A stretch of DNA of 64,000 nucleotides, taken from assembly GCF_037042905.1 (NCBI RefSeq), contig NC_087251.1:44456001-44520000 (forward strand). The letters are read 5' to 3'. Shown one piece after another: positions 38,464 to 50,759 of this stretch (within the stretch, counting starts at the first letter, position 1; each line of letters starts with the position of its first letter). The notes under the pieces are model-generated. The model had not been told where the DNA came from and ran no database searches. It saw nothing but the letters and a program-made list of their open reading frames with translations. The stretch is from Lytechinus pictus (Eukaryota). Position numbers and translations under genes: made by a program.

Positions 38464-38922
38464 CTGTAAACATCAAATAAATTTGTAATACATTCAGGAT
38501 AAACAGAATGAAATATATTTCTGTCTGTCCTACTGAAAACAAGAGTCAGAAAGTATATGGCAAAGTATGCACTAATAACAGTAATAATACATTAAATAAC
38601 AGGAACAATAAAAATGATAACAGCAACAACGATAATAATAGACGGTATTTATACAGTGTCATCAATTTAGAAATGTTCTATTCTGATAAAACATTCTGAA
38701 AGTAGAAAGTAGAAAGAAAAAGATAGTTTGGGTAAGTGCCACAAGCTGATAATGTTAGAAAAGTTAAGAATTTGCCCCTTTCCACTGAGGTGTATTAAAT
38801 GAGTATCCGATAGGAAGGAATTCCTTGAATGCTCAAGGGCTTGATCAGGAGATATGGTATGTAGCACTTAGAAACATTGTATTGCATATCATTATCATTG
38901 TTTTTATAAGAACAGAACGTAC

Positions 38923-39008
38923 CGTTTGCCAAAAACCGAGGCTAGTTCTGTCTGAGAGACGGCTTGTTCCAGTAACATACCTCCGTCTACTATCCATGTT
39001 TTTGAGAC
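38923..39008 (-). CDS. ANAPC1: ANAPC1 exon 5
   Basis: VSKTWIVDGGMLLEQAVSQTELASVFGK; phase 0-2. Confidence 0.87.
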
Positions 39009-39480
39009 CTAGTTGACAAACGAAGAAAAAAAGGGGGGGAGTTTCATGAAACAAACAGTCAGTGATTTTCACTGACAAATTTGCTCTGAGCCAATCAGAT
39101 GCAAGGATATTGGTAGCTTATAACAAAAGTCAGTGAAAAACATTGATTATTTGTTTCATGGATCACTCCCACGGTTAACCTGTTGGTTAAAATCATTGGG
39201 AATGAGAAAATTCAGGAACCAACTTGTAAAAAAAGGCCATGCTTTCATCCAATTTATAGGGGGAAAAACACAAAATAAACAAATTTCAAATGAAAAATTC
39301 TGAGTTTTTACAGACGTGTTTTACAAACTGCTGTCCTGTAGGGCGCCCAGATAAAAATTATACAAATTATACAATATTTACAAACAAACCATCAATTAAA
39401 ATGGTATGCAGATATCATACAGATTGAAATAATAAATGTCAAAAGTTCAGAGTACAATGTCTGCGATATATTATACATAC

Positions 39481-39575
39481 CTGAAATGGAAGTGATGCCA
39501 CAAATTTTTCTCCAGCTTCAGTGAAGACGGTGATGCTAGCAGGGTGAGTGATACTGATGCCCGCTACATCCTCTT
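39481..39575 (-). CDS. ANAPC1: ANAPC1 exon 4
   Basis: EEDVAGISITHPASITVFTEAGEKFVASLPFQ; phase 1-0. Confidence 0.92.
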
Positions 39576-39951
39576 CTAGATGTGCAAAATAAAACAAAAA
39601 GTGCTAATTATGATTATTCTGTCAAAATTTCATTTATTTCACTTCTTTTGCCAACAATAGCACAATAATGCATAGTTAAATTCAAAATCATTTAGAAATA
39701 CTTTTCAAATAATGTATGAAATAATACCAATTCAAAATTGGTAGTAATCAAATTCACAGAATTATTGATTGGTATATTCAGGCATGTGAGTGAAGTGAAA
39801 AAAAAAGAAGAGGAAAATATATTAGTGACTTTGAAAGGGAGCAGAACAATCACATGCAAATTGCCAAGGATAAAAAAAAACAAAATGACAAAAATACATT
39901 TTATAAGAAAATACGAAATTAGTCTGGCAAGTGTTTATTCTTTGATCTTAC

Positions 39952-40027
39952 CTTGGTTATTCTCAGCAAGAGATGGCTTGGTGTCAGTCTGTTTATGTCT
40001 TTGTATTCGAAACCGACTCCATTCGAC
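39952..40027 (-). CDS. ANAPC1: ANAPC1 exon 3
   Basis: VEWSRFRIQRHKQTDTKPSLAENNQ; ctag|...|gtaaga; phase 0-1. Confidence 0.85.
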
Positions 40028-40325
40028 CTAGGATAGACAAAAGTATTTTGGTTTTAAGTCTGTTTTTACTATCCTCAATTTACCAACATTGATAATTAAA
40101 CAAATATTGAGTGCAGATACATATCAGAAACACCTACTATATTGGTATTTGGAAGAGAAAAGAATCAATTAGAATTTTTTTTTGCAAAAATTGAATAGGC
40201 TAGCAAGAAAATTAGGCTTAATGAACAGCAAAATTGTGACTTTGAGCCTTGTAACACAAAACATAGCATTAATTGTTCAATATATCTATTGTTGTTACAC
40301 CCTCAGACTGATTTATCACTAATAT

Positions 40326-40613
40326 GGGGGCGTCGTGGTCTAGTGGTTACGACTCTCGCCTTTCAATCAGAGTGCCGTAGGTTCGAATCCCAGCCATAGC
40401 GTGTTTTCCTTCAGCAAGAAATTTACCCACATTGTGCTGCACTCGACCCAGGTGAGGTGAATGGGTACCCGGTCGGATTTATTCCTTGAATGCTTTAGCG
40501 CCTATTTGGCGGCTCAGCTACAGCCGGGGTAATAATATGATACCAAGTATCAAGCGCAGTAGAATATATGCAATTATAGTAGCTGCGCTATATAAATGGA
40601 CCATATTATTATA
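40326..40613 (+). mobile_element. Full-length tRNA-derived SINE with L2-like tail
   Basis: A-box TGGTCTAGTGG, B-box GGTTCGAATCC, core GCACTCGACCCAGGTGAGGTGAATGGGTACC, tail GCGCTATATAAAT..TATTATTAT. Confidence 0.9.
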
Positions 40614-41030
40614 ATTCACACCCCAAAATGTTAACAAAATTTCAGATATCATAAATGAAGATTGCTTTTGAAGACATTTTGAGTAGCAAATTCAAAGCTT
40701 CCTTGTAAAATTATTTTGTGGTATTCTGATAATTAACCCTAGTCTAAACTCGCATTTAAAACACACTTCTATGGAATGCTTGGCTTCATAATATTTCTTC
40801 CATATTCGTGGAAATTATAATGTATAAATTAATTCATCAAAATAATTGTATATTTTGCATTTTCCTTTTCTCCCCATTTCATGTCTCAATTAATTTTTGA
40901 TAACTTTTTGTAACAGGATAAGAAAAAATCTTAATTGGTGAATGAGTTGACAACTGGCACTCCATAAAAGTGTGGTCTACGTTCACCCAGGTTTAACTAA
41001 ACCACGACTATCTGAATACCAAACATTGCA

Positions 41031-41431
41031 CAGACCTGCCAACCTCTGGGAATGAAAAATTATATTCTGTGATAAAAAAGTGTATTTCCCCCCCAAAAAG
41101 TGTATTTCATAATAAAATGCGTGGCACACTCGCTCATCGCGGTGCTCAAGCTGCATGCAAGCTAAAATGCACACTGCTCTTGCAGATGAAAAAAACAAAC
41201 AAGTTACCTGAAATTACATTGATCTAATAACCATATTTGTGTAAGTTTTATGAAATAGAGACATATAGAGATTTTTGTCAATAAATTAGGATTTCGTAAA
41301 AAAAAAAAAATTATATATATTTTTAAATATTTTTTTTACAAAAACGTATTTTTTAAAGAAAAAACGTACTGCCGTATTTTGGTTGCAAAAACGTACTAAA
41401 TACACCAAAAACGTACACGTTGGCAGGTCTG
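41031..41431. mobile_element. CAG..CTG MITE with 7-bp TSD CATTGCA
   Basis: TIR CAGACCTGCCAAC; exact TSD. Confidence 0.9.
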
Positions 41432-41509
41432 CATTGCATCATGGTTACAACTATTTATGGTCAATGCTTATGCAGATAACTCTAAGCTCTCGTATTTGAA
41501 CACACAAAC

Positions 41510-41662
41510 CTGCAGAACTGGATCTTGGAGTGTGAAGGATTTTTGAACAGTGCTCGTCGAGTAGCCGCATCCTTTGCTCCATACAACGACCCTATCTTTG
41601 AAATAAAGCTCTTCTTCACAGTCCCCTGCATCTGTACAATCTCTTATCTGCCATGATTCTCT
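41510..41662 (-). CDS. ANAPC1: ANAPC1 exon 2
   Basis: RESWQIRD...EEELYFKDRVVVWSKG...SFTLQDPVLQ; ttag|...|gtttgt; phase 0-0. Confidence 0.93.
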
Positions 41663-42740
41663 CTAAGTTGAACAGAACAAAATGATAATGGGTATAATCA
41701 AAGTAGTTGCCTGAGCTTGAATCAATTATTAAATGCCAGGAATCTTAAACATTCTTTCTAAGTTGAACAGAACAAAATGATAATTGGTATAATCAAAGTA
41801 GTTCTCTGAGCTTGAATCAATTATTAAATGCCACGAATCTTAAACATTCTTTCTAAGTTGAACAGAACAGAATGATAATGGGTATAATCAAAGTAGTTGC
41901 CTGAGCTTGAATCAATTATTAAATGCCACGAATCTTGATGTTCTAGACAAAAGGTTAACTGGCATTTTTATCAAAACGGCTACCAGATAGTTAACTTTTT
42001 ATGATCTGTCATGATTCCTCTGAAATAAACAAAACACAATGATTACTGGCATTATCAAAATTATAAATAGATACTGAAGTCTTTATCTATTTACTATCTG
42101 TCACGATTCTTTCTAAAATGAACAAACAAAATCACAGTTGACATTATCAAAGTGGCTAACAGAACATTAATAGATTTCATTTTACCTATCTATTAACTGC
42201 CATGAATATCTCTAAAATGAAGAAAATAAAATGATATTGCATTATTATCAAAGTGGCTAACTGAACAGAAAAAGACAACTTTAACTTGTTATCGTTTATT
42301 GTGATCTGCCATAATTCTTTCAAAAATGAACAAAACAAACCACAATTGGCATAATTATCAATTACTTGCTAGCTGAGCATTAATACGTAACTTCATCTAT
42401 TCATTATATGTAATGAGTCTCTCTAAAATGAACCAGACAAAATAATAATTGGCATTATCAAAGTGCTCACTGGACATAAATGAATAGCTTCATCTATTTA
42501 TTATCTGCTATGGATCTTTTTAAAACAATAAATGGATTATTCCACACTAATATCTATAAAGCATACATGTACTAATAAATCAATTTATTATCTGCCATGA
42601 ATCTCTAAAATGTACAAAACAAAACAATAATTGGCAGTAGTAACAGAATGGATATCAGAGCATAAATAGATACCTCGATCTATTTACTACCTGCCATTAA
42701 TTCCTCCAAAAAATAAAACAAACCAAAACGATAACTTTGT
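41646..42740. repeat. Degenerate ~95-110-bp tandem array containing the exon 2 splice acceptor
   Basis: About 11 copies of ATCTGCCATGATTCTCTCTAA..TGAACA.AACAAAAT.ATAAT.GG.AT.ATCAAAGT. Confidence 0.85.
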
Positions 42741-42849
42741 TTCCTATTAAATTATCATGTCTATGATGACATGTGATGATTGGTAGCGGCTAATGGGAGA
42801 GATTCGGCTCGCACTTTTGACACGGCAACTTGAAAGACGGACTCTTTAC

Positions 42850-43011
42850 CTCTGGGCCCTCTCTGAGAGAGACATCCTTGAAAGCAGCCAGAGGGACATC
42901 GTGATCGGAGACAAGGTCCTTCTGCTGGGGCAAGCCATCTTGGCCGGGGTGATTGCGAGAGATGGAGCGACCGAACGGGACATACGCACGAGGCTCACTG
43001 GCCGCTATCAT
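42850..43011 (-). CDS. ANAPC1: ANAPC1 coding exon 1 (from conserved Met)
   Basis: MIAASEPRAYVPFGR...SLREGPE; donor GAG|GTAAAG; possible acceptor ctag|GTC 3 nt upstream of the ATG (43014). Confidence 0.92.
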
Positions 43012-43099
43012 GACCTAGATTGTGTACACAGAAAAATGATAGAGGTTGTAGTGACCAAACTAATTCCTTGATTTTTCTGTTTGATTTTTCCTATTTTCA

Positions 43100-43200
43100 T
43101 CACCATACGACCAGTTCGGGTGTGGTGAAATTATGACACAGACCGCGAAACCTCATTACTCTTTGGGTCACGTGGGTCTGGTGTCAGTCCACCGAGAAAA
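43100..43200 (-). promoter_or_regulatory. Possible proximal ANAPC1 promoter
   Basis: CpG-richer patch 100-190 bp upstream of the MIAA ATG, with E-box CACGTG and E2F-like TTTCGCGG (minus). Confidence 0.35.
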
Positions 43201-43789
43201 ACAGTCCCCCCCTTTATTATCTATTAATAATATATTATCTACTAGTACTATACAATTATTGAACATATACGCATGAATATAAATATACACATATATATAT
43301 TATTCATTAATGTCAATTTTAACATTATATTCACAAGCATATCAAATTTTGATGCAATAGAATGTGAAGTCATGAATATTTAAATGCAGAGATATATCAG
43401 GCAAGGCCCTGTAGCTGGGTAGTAACATTATCCCGCGCACAACACAAAACGAAGTCGTCGCGACTTGTTTACCCTTTTTTGGAAGCTGCACATTAGCATT
43501 TGATCGTGTGTTTGCAGTTATTATTTACCAGCCGCTGATATAGAGGCTGAAATTCTTCTTACGGCTGCTGACCATGGGCGCAGCTGACCAGGAGACACAT
43601 AATCCTGGGCGATTATTATACTAGGGGGTTGTCTGTTTCCGTTTACCAATAAATAAATAAGACTACACACTATATATCTGCATGTCTCGGCATCCTCTGT
43701 AAATGTTGTCATTTCCTTTTCGCCCATGAGTGAATGGTTGTGGCCGACTTGTGCCCCAACAAGGTGAAGCGCATGCCGACAAAAATGGG

Positions 43790-43915
43790 TATTGACAAGA
43801 GACAGAATTTCAGACAGAGAAAGGGCATCATTCATACAATGTTCAACCAATATGCCAGTGATCTGTGTGCTGTACGCAACAATGTTGTTGGTGCCAGAAA
43901 TTCACATGATATTGA
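43790..43915 (+). mobile_element. Possible decayed PIF/Harbinger transposase fragment
   Basis: Frameshifted NFRQRKG/HHSYNVQPIC..NNVVGARNSHD resembles NRKGxHSxNVQ..GSxHD. Confidence 0.4.
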
Positions 43916-44177
43916 GGGCAATATCGTAAAAAAGGACTGCTCTTATGTCGCCTAAGTTTTTGAGGGTTCGAAAAACATACAGTTAAACTTGAAGTTGTTT
44001 AACATTGTAAATGTACAAGAACCCCTAGCCTAAACTATATTTCGTCAAGAGAATATTGTCTCGGCGAACAGGGGCGTTTCACAGGGGTCTATTAATCCGG
44101 GTGGGGGGGGGGGGGGGTAGTACGAAGGCCCAACATTTCCTGGTATGTGCATGCATGGTGTGAACAGGAATATTTAC

Positions 44178-44216
44178 GATTGTGCGCCTCAGTTCTTTCT
44201 GGATGGGGTACAGCTC
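44178..44216 (-). CDS. Candidate upstream exon C
   Basis: ttttcttgtctttcag|ELYPIQKELRRTI|gtaaat; phase 0-0. Confidence 0.35.
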
Positions 44217-44961
44217 CTGAAAGACAAGAAAACCTAATTATCATAAACCATTAAATATTGAAATTTATGCATATTGGATTACCCTTTTTTTTTCTGAAAA
44301 GCAAGTTCACTGGCCCATTCTTCTCTGATTTTTTCCCTAGTGTTTCTTTCTTTTCATCTTTTTAATTCTTCTGTTTCCATTGAAATGTTTAATTTTCTTC
44401 TTGTTCTTCCTCTTTTATTCTAGCTTTCTTCCTTTTTTTTCACAGTGGAGTGGTTTGCTCTTCCTACTTCTATTTTTTTCTTTTTCATCCTTGGCAGCCT
44501 GGATGTTAATTTTTCTTTTGTTTTTTCATCATTTTCTATTTTAGCCTTTCCCTTAGTAATTTTATTCATTTAATTCTACCTTCACTTTAATGTTTCTTTT
44601 TGCCACTATTCTTTACCTTTCCCCTTCACATTTAACACTGGTTATCCTTTAATTCATTTCCCTCCTTTCATAGTATTCTTAGTTATTAAAATTTATTCTC
44701 ACATATTCTATTTTCCTCTTTCCTTCCATTTCCCTTTCTTTTTATTACCTTTGTTAAATGCTCCTTTTTCCTTTCCATTTTCTTCCTTTCCTTTCCTCTT
44801 CTATTCAGGGAATAATTTTTCAGTACACTACATTATTTGAATTTAGCATTTTGGGTCATAAGACTTTTTAAGAGAAAAGCTCTCAACTAAAGTAAAGTAG
44901 TCCTATGTAAAAATATGCAGTATGCTATACAAAAGATTTATATGCATAGCCTTGGCATAGC

Positions 44962-46975
44962 CAGGGCTCGACACTAGCGCCGGTCCGACGGTCCCAGACC
45001 GGTAAAAATCACTGTCGGGCCGGTAGATTTTCAGAAATAGCAAGATTTACTGGTCCGACAAGACCAGTAAGAAAATATCATTGTCGGGCCGGTAATTTTT
45101 CCAAAAATAGCAAGATTTATGGGTCCGACATAAACAGTAATAAAAACCATTGTTGGGCCAGTAACTTTTCCAGAAATGGTCAAATTCACTAGTCCAACAT
45201 AAACATAAAAAATATTCCATGACTCAAATTGCAAACCATTTTCCTCCCGTTAAATTTGGTCATTCACACACAGAATGAATCGCATGCAATTTTTACTAGG
45301 GTAACATACAGTGTACATATGGCTAGCCAGCCACACAGCCCACATGGTGAATTTTCTACTGGCTGCACGAACGAAGCTTGGCAAACCTCTGGCAGAAATC
45401 TCTCACAGAACGGTCAAAATTCACATTTCACACTAATGAAAAGCTCTTATAATGTCCATATTTCCAAAAAATTGGGGTAACTGTCATTTGTAAGCAGTAA
45501 AAGGAGAAATTTTCACTTCTGTTTTAGTTCAAAGAGATCGGGTTTCGAGTGATATCGTCTGAATACATGATAGCCCCACATATGCATTTGTGTGTGTGTT
45601 GATACACTTGGTTTCTTTCGTAGCTATATCTTAATTGAGCCAAAAAGAAACTGATAATTTATTTATGATAGTTTTAGCTTTCTTCCTCTGTTTTCTTTCT
45701 ATCTTTCTTTCCTTCTTTCTTTTCAATCTTTCTTTGTTTCTTCCCTCTCTTCTTTAATTTTTTTTGTTACTGTCTTTCTTTTTTAATTATTCTTTGTCTT
45801 TCGTTCTTTCATTCTTTCTGTCCTTTTAACATTTTTCTCTATTTCTTTTTCTCTTTCTTTTTTGATTTCTTTCTTTCTTTTATTCTTGAGTCCATCCATC
45901 CTATATTTATCTCTTCTTTCTTTCTTCCTTTCCTTCTTTTTACCCTTTCTTTCCTTCATTCTTTGTTTCTTTCTTCATTCCATCCATCCTTTCTTTACCA
46001 TTTCTTGTTTTTTATTTCTTCCTTCTTTCAGCCCTTTCTCTCTTTCTTTCATTCATTCCTTCCTTTCTTTTTTCCCTTCATTCCATCTATCCTTTTACTT
46101 TTTTTTTTTTTTTTTTTACTGCTTGCTTCCTTTCCTTTCTTCTTTCGTTCTTTTTTTCCCTCATTCCTTCCTTTCTTTGTCTTTCGGTCTTTCTTTTTTT
46201 TCTTACTTTCATCTATTTTACATTTTCTTTCTTTTTTCTATTGCTTGCTTGCTTCCTTCCTTCTATCTATCATTTTACCTTTCTTTATTTCTTCCTTCTT
46301 TCAATACTTTCTTTCTTTTTTCCTTCTTTCCATCTCTCCTTTTACCCTTTCTTTCTTTTTTTATTGCTTCTTTCCTTCTTTTGTTCTTTCTTTCTATATT
46401 GCTTGCTTCATTTCTTTCCTTCTTTCTTTCTTTCCTTCATTCCTTTATTTCTTTTTTCTTTTGTTCTTTCTTTCTTATTTTTGTTCTTTCTTTCCTTCCT
46501 TCCTTTCCCTCTTCAGTTCTTTCTTTTTTTCCTTCCTTCACATTTATCCTTTATTTACCCTTTTTCTTCCTTTCTTTCTTTCTATCTTTTTTCCTTCTTT
46601 CCTTATACCCTTTCTTTCTTATTTTATTGCTTCTTTCCTTTTTTCATTACTTTCTGTCTTTTGTTTTTCCTTTTTTTCTTTTGTTCTTTCTTTTTTCCTT
46701 CCTTCACATCTATCCTTTCTTTACCTTTTATTTGTTCTTCCTTCCTTTCTTTTATTATTTCTTCCTTTGTTTCTTTCATTCCTTCATTTTTTTTGGGGGG
46801 GGGGGTAACAAGAAAGGACAGCAAAATAAACTCACGCCTTTTTTTAATGTTTTCTTTATTTTGGGGACCAGTAGATTTTAGGTTCGGACCAGTAAAAAAT
46901 GGAAAAACTGGGTATCTACTGGTCCGACATGAATAGGTTGGACCAGTAGAAAAAAAGGGTTAGTGTGGAGCCCTG
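44962..46975. mobile_element. 2-kb CAGGG-terminal non-autonomous element with 7-bp TSD GCATAGC
   Basis: TIR CAGGGCTC.ACACTA; subterminal GGTCCGAC/GACCAGTA repeats; internal CT-rich tract 45670-46790. Confidence 0.9.
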
Positions 46976-47639
46976 GCATAGCAGTCTTTCAAAAGTGTGG
47001 AGCAAATTGCGATCGATACCAGGAAAATTATTCCTTGCTATTCCTTTCCCTTTCATGTATTTTCTCTTCTTTCTCCTCTCCCCTCTTCACATCCCTCTTT
47101 TAAGTTTTAATTTTATTTCTTTCTTCTCTCCATGTCTTTAGTCTCCTTTCCTTTCATTATTCCACTTGTATTTTTGAATTTCCAGGTAAAAATCTTCCAG
47201 GAGCTGGGGTCAGACTGCCTCCCTCTGGCCTGTCTGTTATGCCATTATGTAATAAACACCCATTTTTATTCATTTTTGTTTTATTCAATGAAAAAAAATG
47301 GGTGTTGAAACTTGTCACTTGAATCAAATGGCAAATGTCACTAAAAAAGAACCACTTTAAAATATATCCTTAAATCAGAGAAGGTCATTGCAAACTTTAA
47401 AGTTACTGAAAATAAATTGTCAATAGAGTGTAATAAATTAGATATAATATTCTAACGTTAACTTGTCACAATGTTAAAATTCAGAATGAGCATCGAGCAA
47501 AACTTAAGGAAGTTAAGCCAAAGGGTGTGGGACTGAGCCTGAGGTGACGTGATGCAGGTCGATGATAATAATTTGAATTTCAATCTAACGTTAGTCTGGA
47601 AGTATTCCATAATCAATTCTTCAGAAAATCATACTGTAC

Positions 47640-47683
47640 CTCGTCTTCCAGCTTTCCCTCTAATTCAATAGTCTCACATGAAT
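47640..47683 (-). CDS. Candidate upstream exon B
   Basis: ttgtctttttcag|...GAG|gtacag; DSCETIELEGKLEDE; phase 1-0 after a 78-bp intron. Confidence 0.45.
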
Positions 47684-47749
47684 CTGAAAAAGACAATTCA
47701 AGTATTTTCACGGGCGGAGTTGACATCAACTCAGGGCTCAATCAAGACA

Positions 47750-47915
47750 AATCTAATTTACCGCTTCGATATAATTGCACGTTTCGGATCGATCGTTCGG
47801 ATTTGTGGAATGTCGCCATCTGCGTTCAGAATCTGGCATGTAAATTAGCGTTGATCGGAAAACGCGATCGCGAGCGGTACCCATAAATTTCCGGATAGTG
47901 GACGCTTTGGTATGT
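47750..47915. promoter_or_regulatory. Putative bidirectional promoter
   Basis: Local CpG enrichment; YY1-like AGATGGCG (minus), ETS-like CCGGAAAT (minus), TCGCGA core; diverging donors at 47761 (minus) and 47910 (plus, G|GTATGT). Confidence 0.5.
47762..47819 (-). CDS. Candidate upstream exon A (possible ANAPC1 N-terminal extension)
   Basis: cagATGGCG start, MATFHKSERSIRNVQLYRS, donor G|GTAAAT, phase 1. Confidence 0.45.
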
Positions 47916-49274
47916 ATTTTTCATTTGTTTTACCCCAAACCATTCATGTTTGAAATTGTGACGTGACTTGTAATAATAAACCCAATTGTTTATGATAATC
48001 TCAATTAAATAGATAGTCTTATATTGTCTGGATTGTGCATTTTGAGCCCCCTTGATGTTGCGTTTGATCCCTTCGACGTGTGTTGTTCCACATGTGTATT
48101 GTGTTAATAATGGGGAGGTCCCTTCCCTTGCGTTTACGGCCTAATCTCAGCGAGGCCGATTGTGTACCAGAGCTGAGAGTGAGCGTGCAGTATGTAATGT
48201 ATGTTTGTGTGTGTATAGACTGTATTGTTGGCTTTAGTTTTTGTAGAATGTAACTTTTAATCCCTTTATTAGGCTTTATTGCACTTTATAATATTTTCCA
48301 GAGGCAGCCATATCCATTGAATCTTGGCAAACCATTCTTTGCCCAGATGAGAATGTTGGATGTGAGATGGAGGATGCAAACTGCAGATTTCATTTTCGCA
48401 AATTTTTGGTTGACATCAATCAGCGCTATCAATAATGGTAATATTGACAATATCAGTTGATCACATGATCTCCGGAGGGGTTCTCCCCCTTCTCCTCTCA
48501 AAGGTGAAGCTAACTAACGCGTAAACGCATTAGTTATCTTAATTCTTATCCATATGATTTAGATTCCTTGTGCACTTATACCTTTGAATAATGTGCGTTC
48601 AGGGGGCAGGGAATTGGCACTCAACCCCAAAAAAGTGGAGCATTTATAACTGCATAATGCTGGGAGCGAAATTAAAAATAGGCTCGATTGGAACAGGCTA
48701 ATTCTGAAAAGGGCGGTCTATGGAACTACTGACAAACTGTTGATGAAGAAAAGCCTTCAAGGTAGGCCTAACTCCAGGTAGTTCACTTCAAGAAAAAACA
48801 AGAAGAAGAAGGCGATCTATAAACATTAGGGCTTGCCTCCACTGCACTCATGGAGTGGGAATCAGAATCATGACCTTTTCTTTGGAATTTCATTAATCAT
48901 TTTGATATTTTTAGGGTCATTTCTGTAACATCAGTGGAAAAGAAAATATGCAAATAGAAGTTGCTTGAAGTGTTGAAATTGCATTTTTTTTTTGGTGCTG
49001 GACAAACTGTGATGGGACAGACCCATAAGTTTTGGTTTTTTTTAAACAAAAATTACAAGAGATAGACCTATCAATGTGAAAATCGTGCTCTGATGTGAAA
49101 TTGGTAAAAGTGTTCAGATTTGAGTAAGAAAGTAATTAGTTAATTCTTTGTCATGTACATTTTTCTAATGGGGCTATGATCGGCTATCCAATTCTTAGGA
49201 TGTCTTTGCATACAGCCTGCAGCTTTTTCCTCATATGCAAGTATGATCCAGCAGCCTAGTACTCTAAAGTAGTA

Positions 49275-49750
49275 TAGTGAGTGATTGTATTACCAACCGG
49301 CCTTGTATTACCGAACGCACGCATCATACGCATCAGAAAATAAATTCATACGCTCAAAATTTTGCAACATCTTTCCAAAGAGAACTTGAATAGAAATTGA
49401 TGATAAATGGTCAAAAACACATTTTCAAAGTCTTAATATTCTAACAATAATAAAATATGGTCAAAATAGCTCATAAGTGTTTTTGTTGTTTTCTCAACTT
49501 TTCCCATAGAAAAAACACGTTCGGTAATACGATACCTTTTTCAAGTGACCAAAATATTTCACGTGCAAAGAGGGGTCCGATTAGAAGCTAATATCGTAAA
49601 AAGGAAAAACAATTTCGGCAAAATTTTCACATATTTATATTTTGTAGGTAATTGTGTATTTATGTTAAAAGTTTGGTGAATTTTATGAGAATAATGTGTT
49701 TGATATGATTGAATTCATGAAAAGTGTTTGGTAATACAATCCACTGCCAT
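49275..49750. mobile_element. TIR element
   Basis: GATTGTATTACC ... GGTAATACAATC inverted; internal TATTACCGAAC/GTTCGGTAATA. Confidence 0.6.
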
Positions 49751-50759
49751 ACTCTAATCTGGCCAGTCTCCGAACCCATAATGCACCGAACCCATAATGC
49801 ACCATTCTGAGTAGTGTTATGTCTACATGAATGATTTAAAAATTCACTATGCAGTACATTCATAGAGCATTAATTACCAAATAGAAAACAAGTGCATTTC
49901 CTCTTCTCAACAATTTAATTCTCTTTAAATGTAATTAATATAATGCTACTTTAATATTCTCTGTATTATTATCAGGTTATGTCAAAAGGTATATAATTTG
50001 AGACTAGTTTTTTTTTCTAACACACAGTTCATGAAGGAACATAATCATGTTGGTCAGTTTGCTCATAAAGCTTTGATTTCAAGTTAAAGTTGACAGAGAG
50101 ACTCGCCCTTGTAACAATGACAAGTTTTGACCAGCAAAGATGAAATGCGACTGACTCGATGGAATGCCCCATCTATGTTTTGGAGTGGTGATTCTGGTTT
50201 TTTTCTTGAGAAGAGAAAACTGCTATGCATTGGAATGGAAATTTGAGTGGAAGTGTTGTCGTCTCATAACCAGTTGGTCTAATATCCATTTCATTTTCAT
50301 TCATTTTGCACAATTTAACACTTAGTCCAATTAGACCAAATGGTATATGGACTAAATGGCTATTGGACCAACTGGTTATTAGACGGAATGGCATTAGACT
50401 AAATGAAAGTAGACCATGTGGTGAGTGGACGAACTAATGGTAGACCAAATGATAGTAGACGAGTTGGCAATTGGATGAATTGGCATTAGAAGAATTGGAA
50501 ATAAATAATAAACCCTAAATGGGTACCCGGTAGGATGCGAAAGCCTATGTAGTAGGCCTAGCAATTGAGTCTTGGAACTGTTGTTGAAATGCTCCCCAGG
50601 GTATAGAGAAAGTGCATACATTGTGTGCGGGCATGTCGGAATCCTGTGATCGGGGACTCGGGGGGGGGGGGGAATATGAACATGTAAAGCGCTCAGAGAC
50701 ACAATGTTGGTTGTTTTTTTTGGGTTGGTTACTCATGTTTCTTGGACAGCAATATGACA

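Larger units (their letters stand above)
459..43011 (-). other. ANAPC1: ANAPC1 gene span (37 coding exons in window; 3' end lies beyond base 1)
   Basis: Spliced translation follows vertebrate APC1 in order (MIAA..VPFG, ESWQ, LHPLDE, MPRPSTPLD, DWEYL, DLRVQEVRRLLQS, FHNGVAAGLKIA, GRPPGPE, LGLRFAG). All junctions are GT-AG and phase-compatible; total 4641 nt. Confidence 0.97.

Noticed and set aside
40326..40400. tRNA gene
   Set aside because: The tRNA-like head continues into a SINE core and L2-like tail, with several degenerate copies in the window
45862..46936. Long Phe/Leu/Ser-rich ORFs (339, 281, 231 aa)
   Set aside because: Artefacts of a CT-rich low-complexity tract inside a TSD-flanked transposon; open in all three frames
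48290..48780. Possible decayed L1/Tx1 ORF2 C-terminus on the minus strand
   Set aside because: Too degenerate to support without a search
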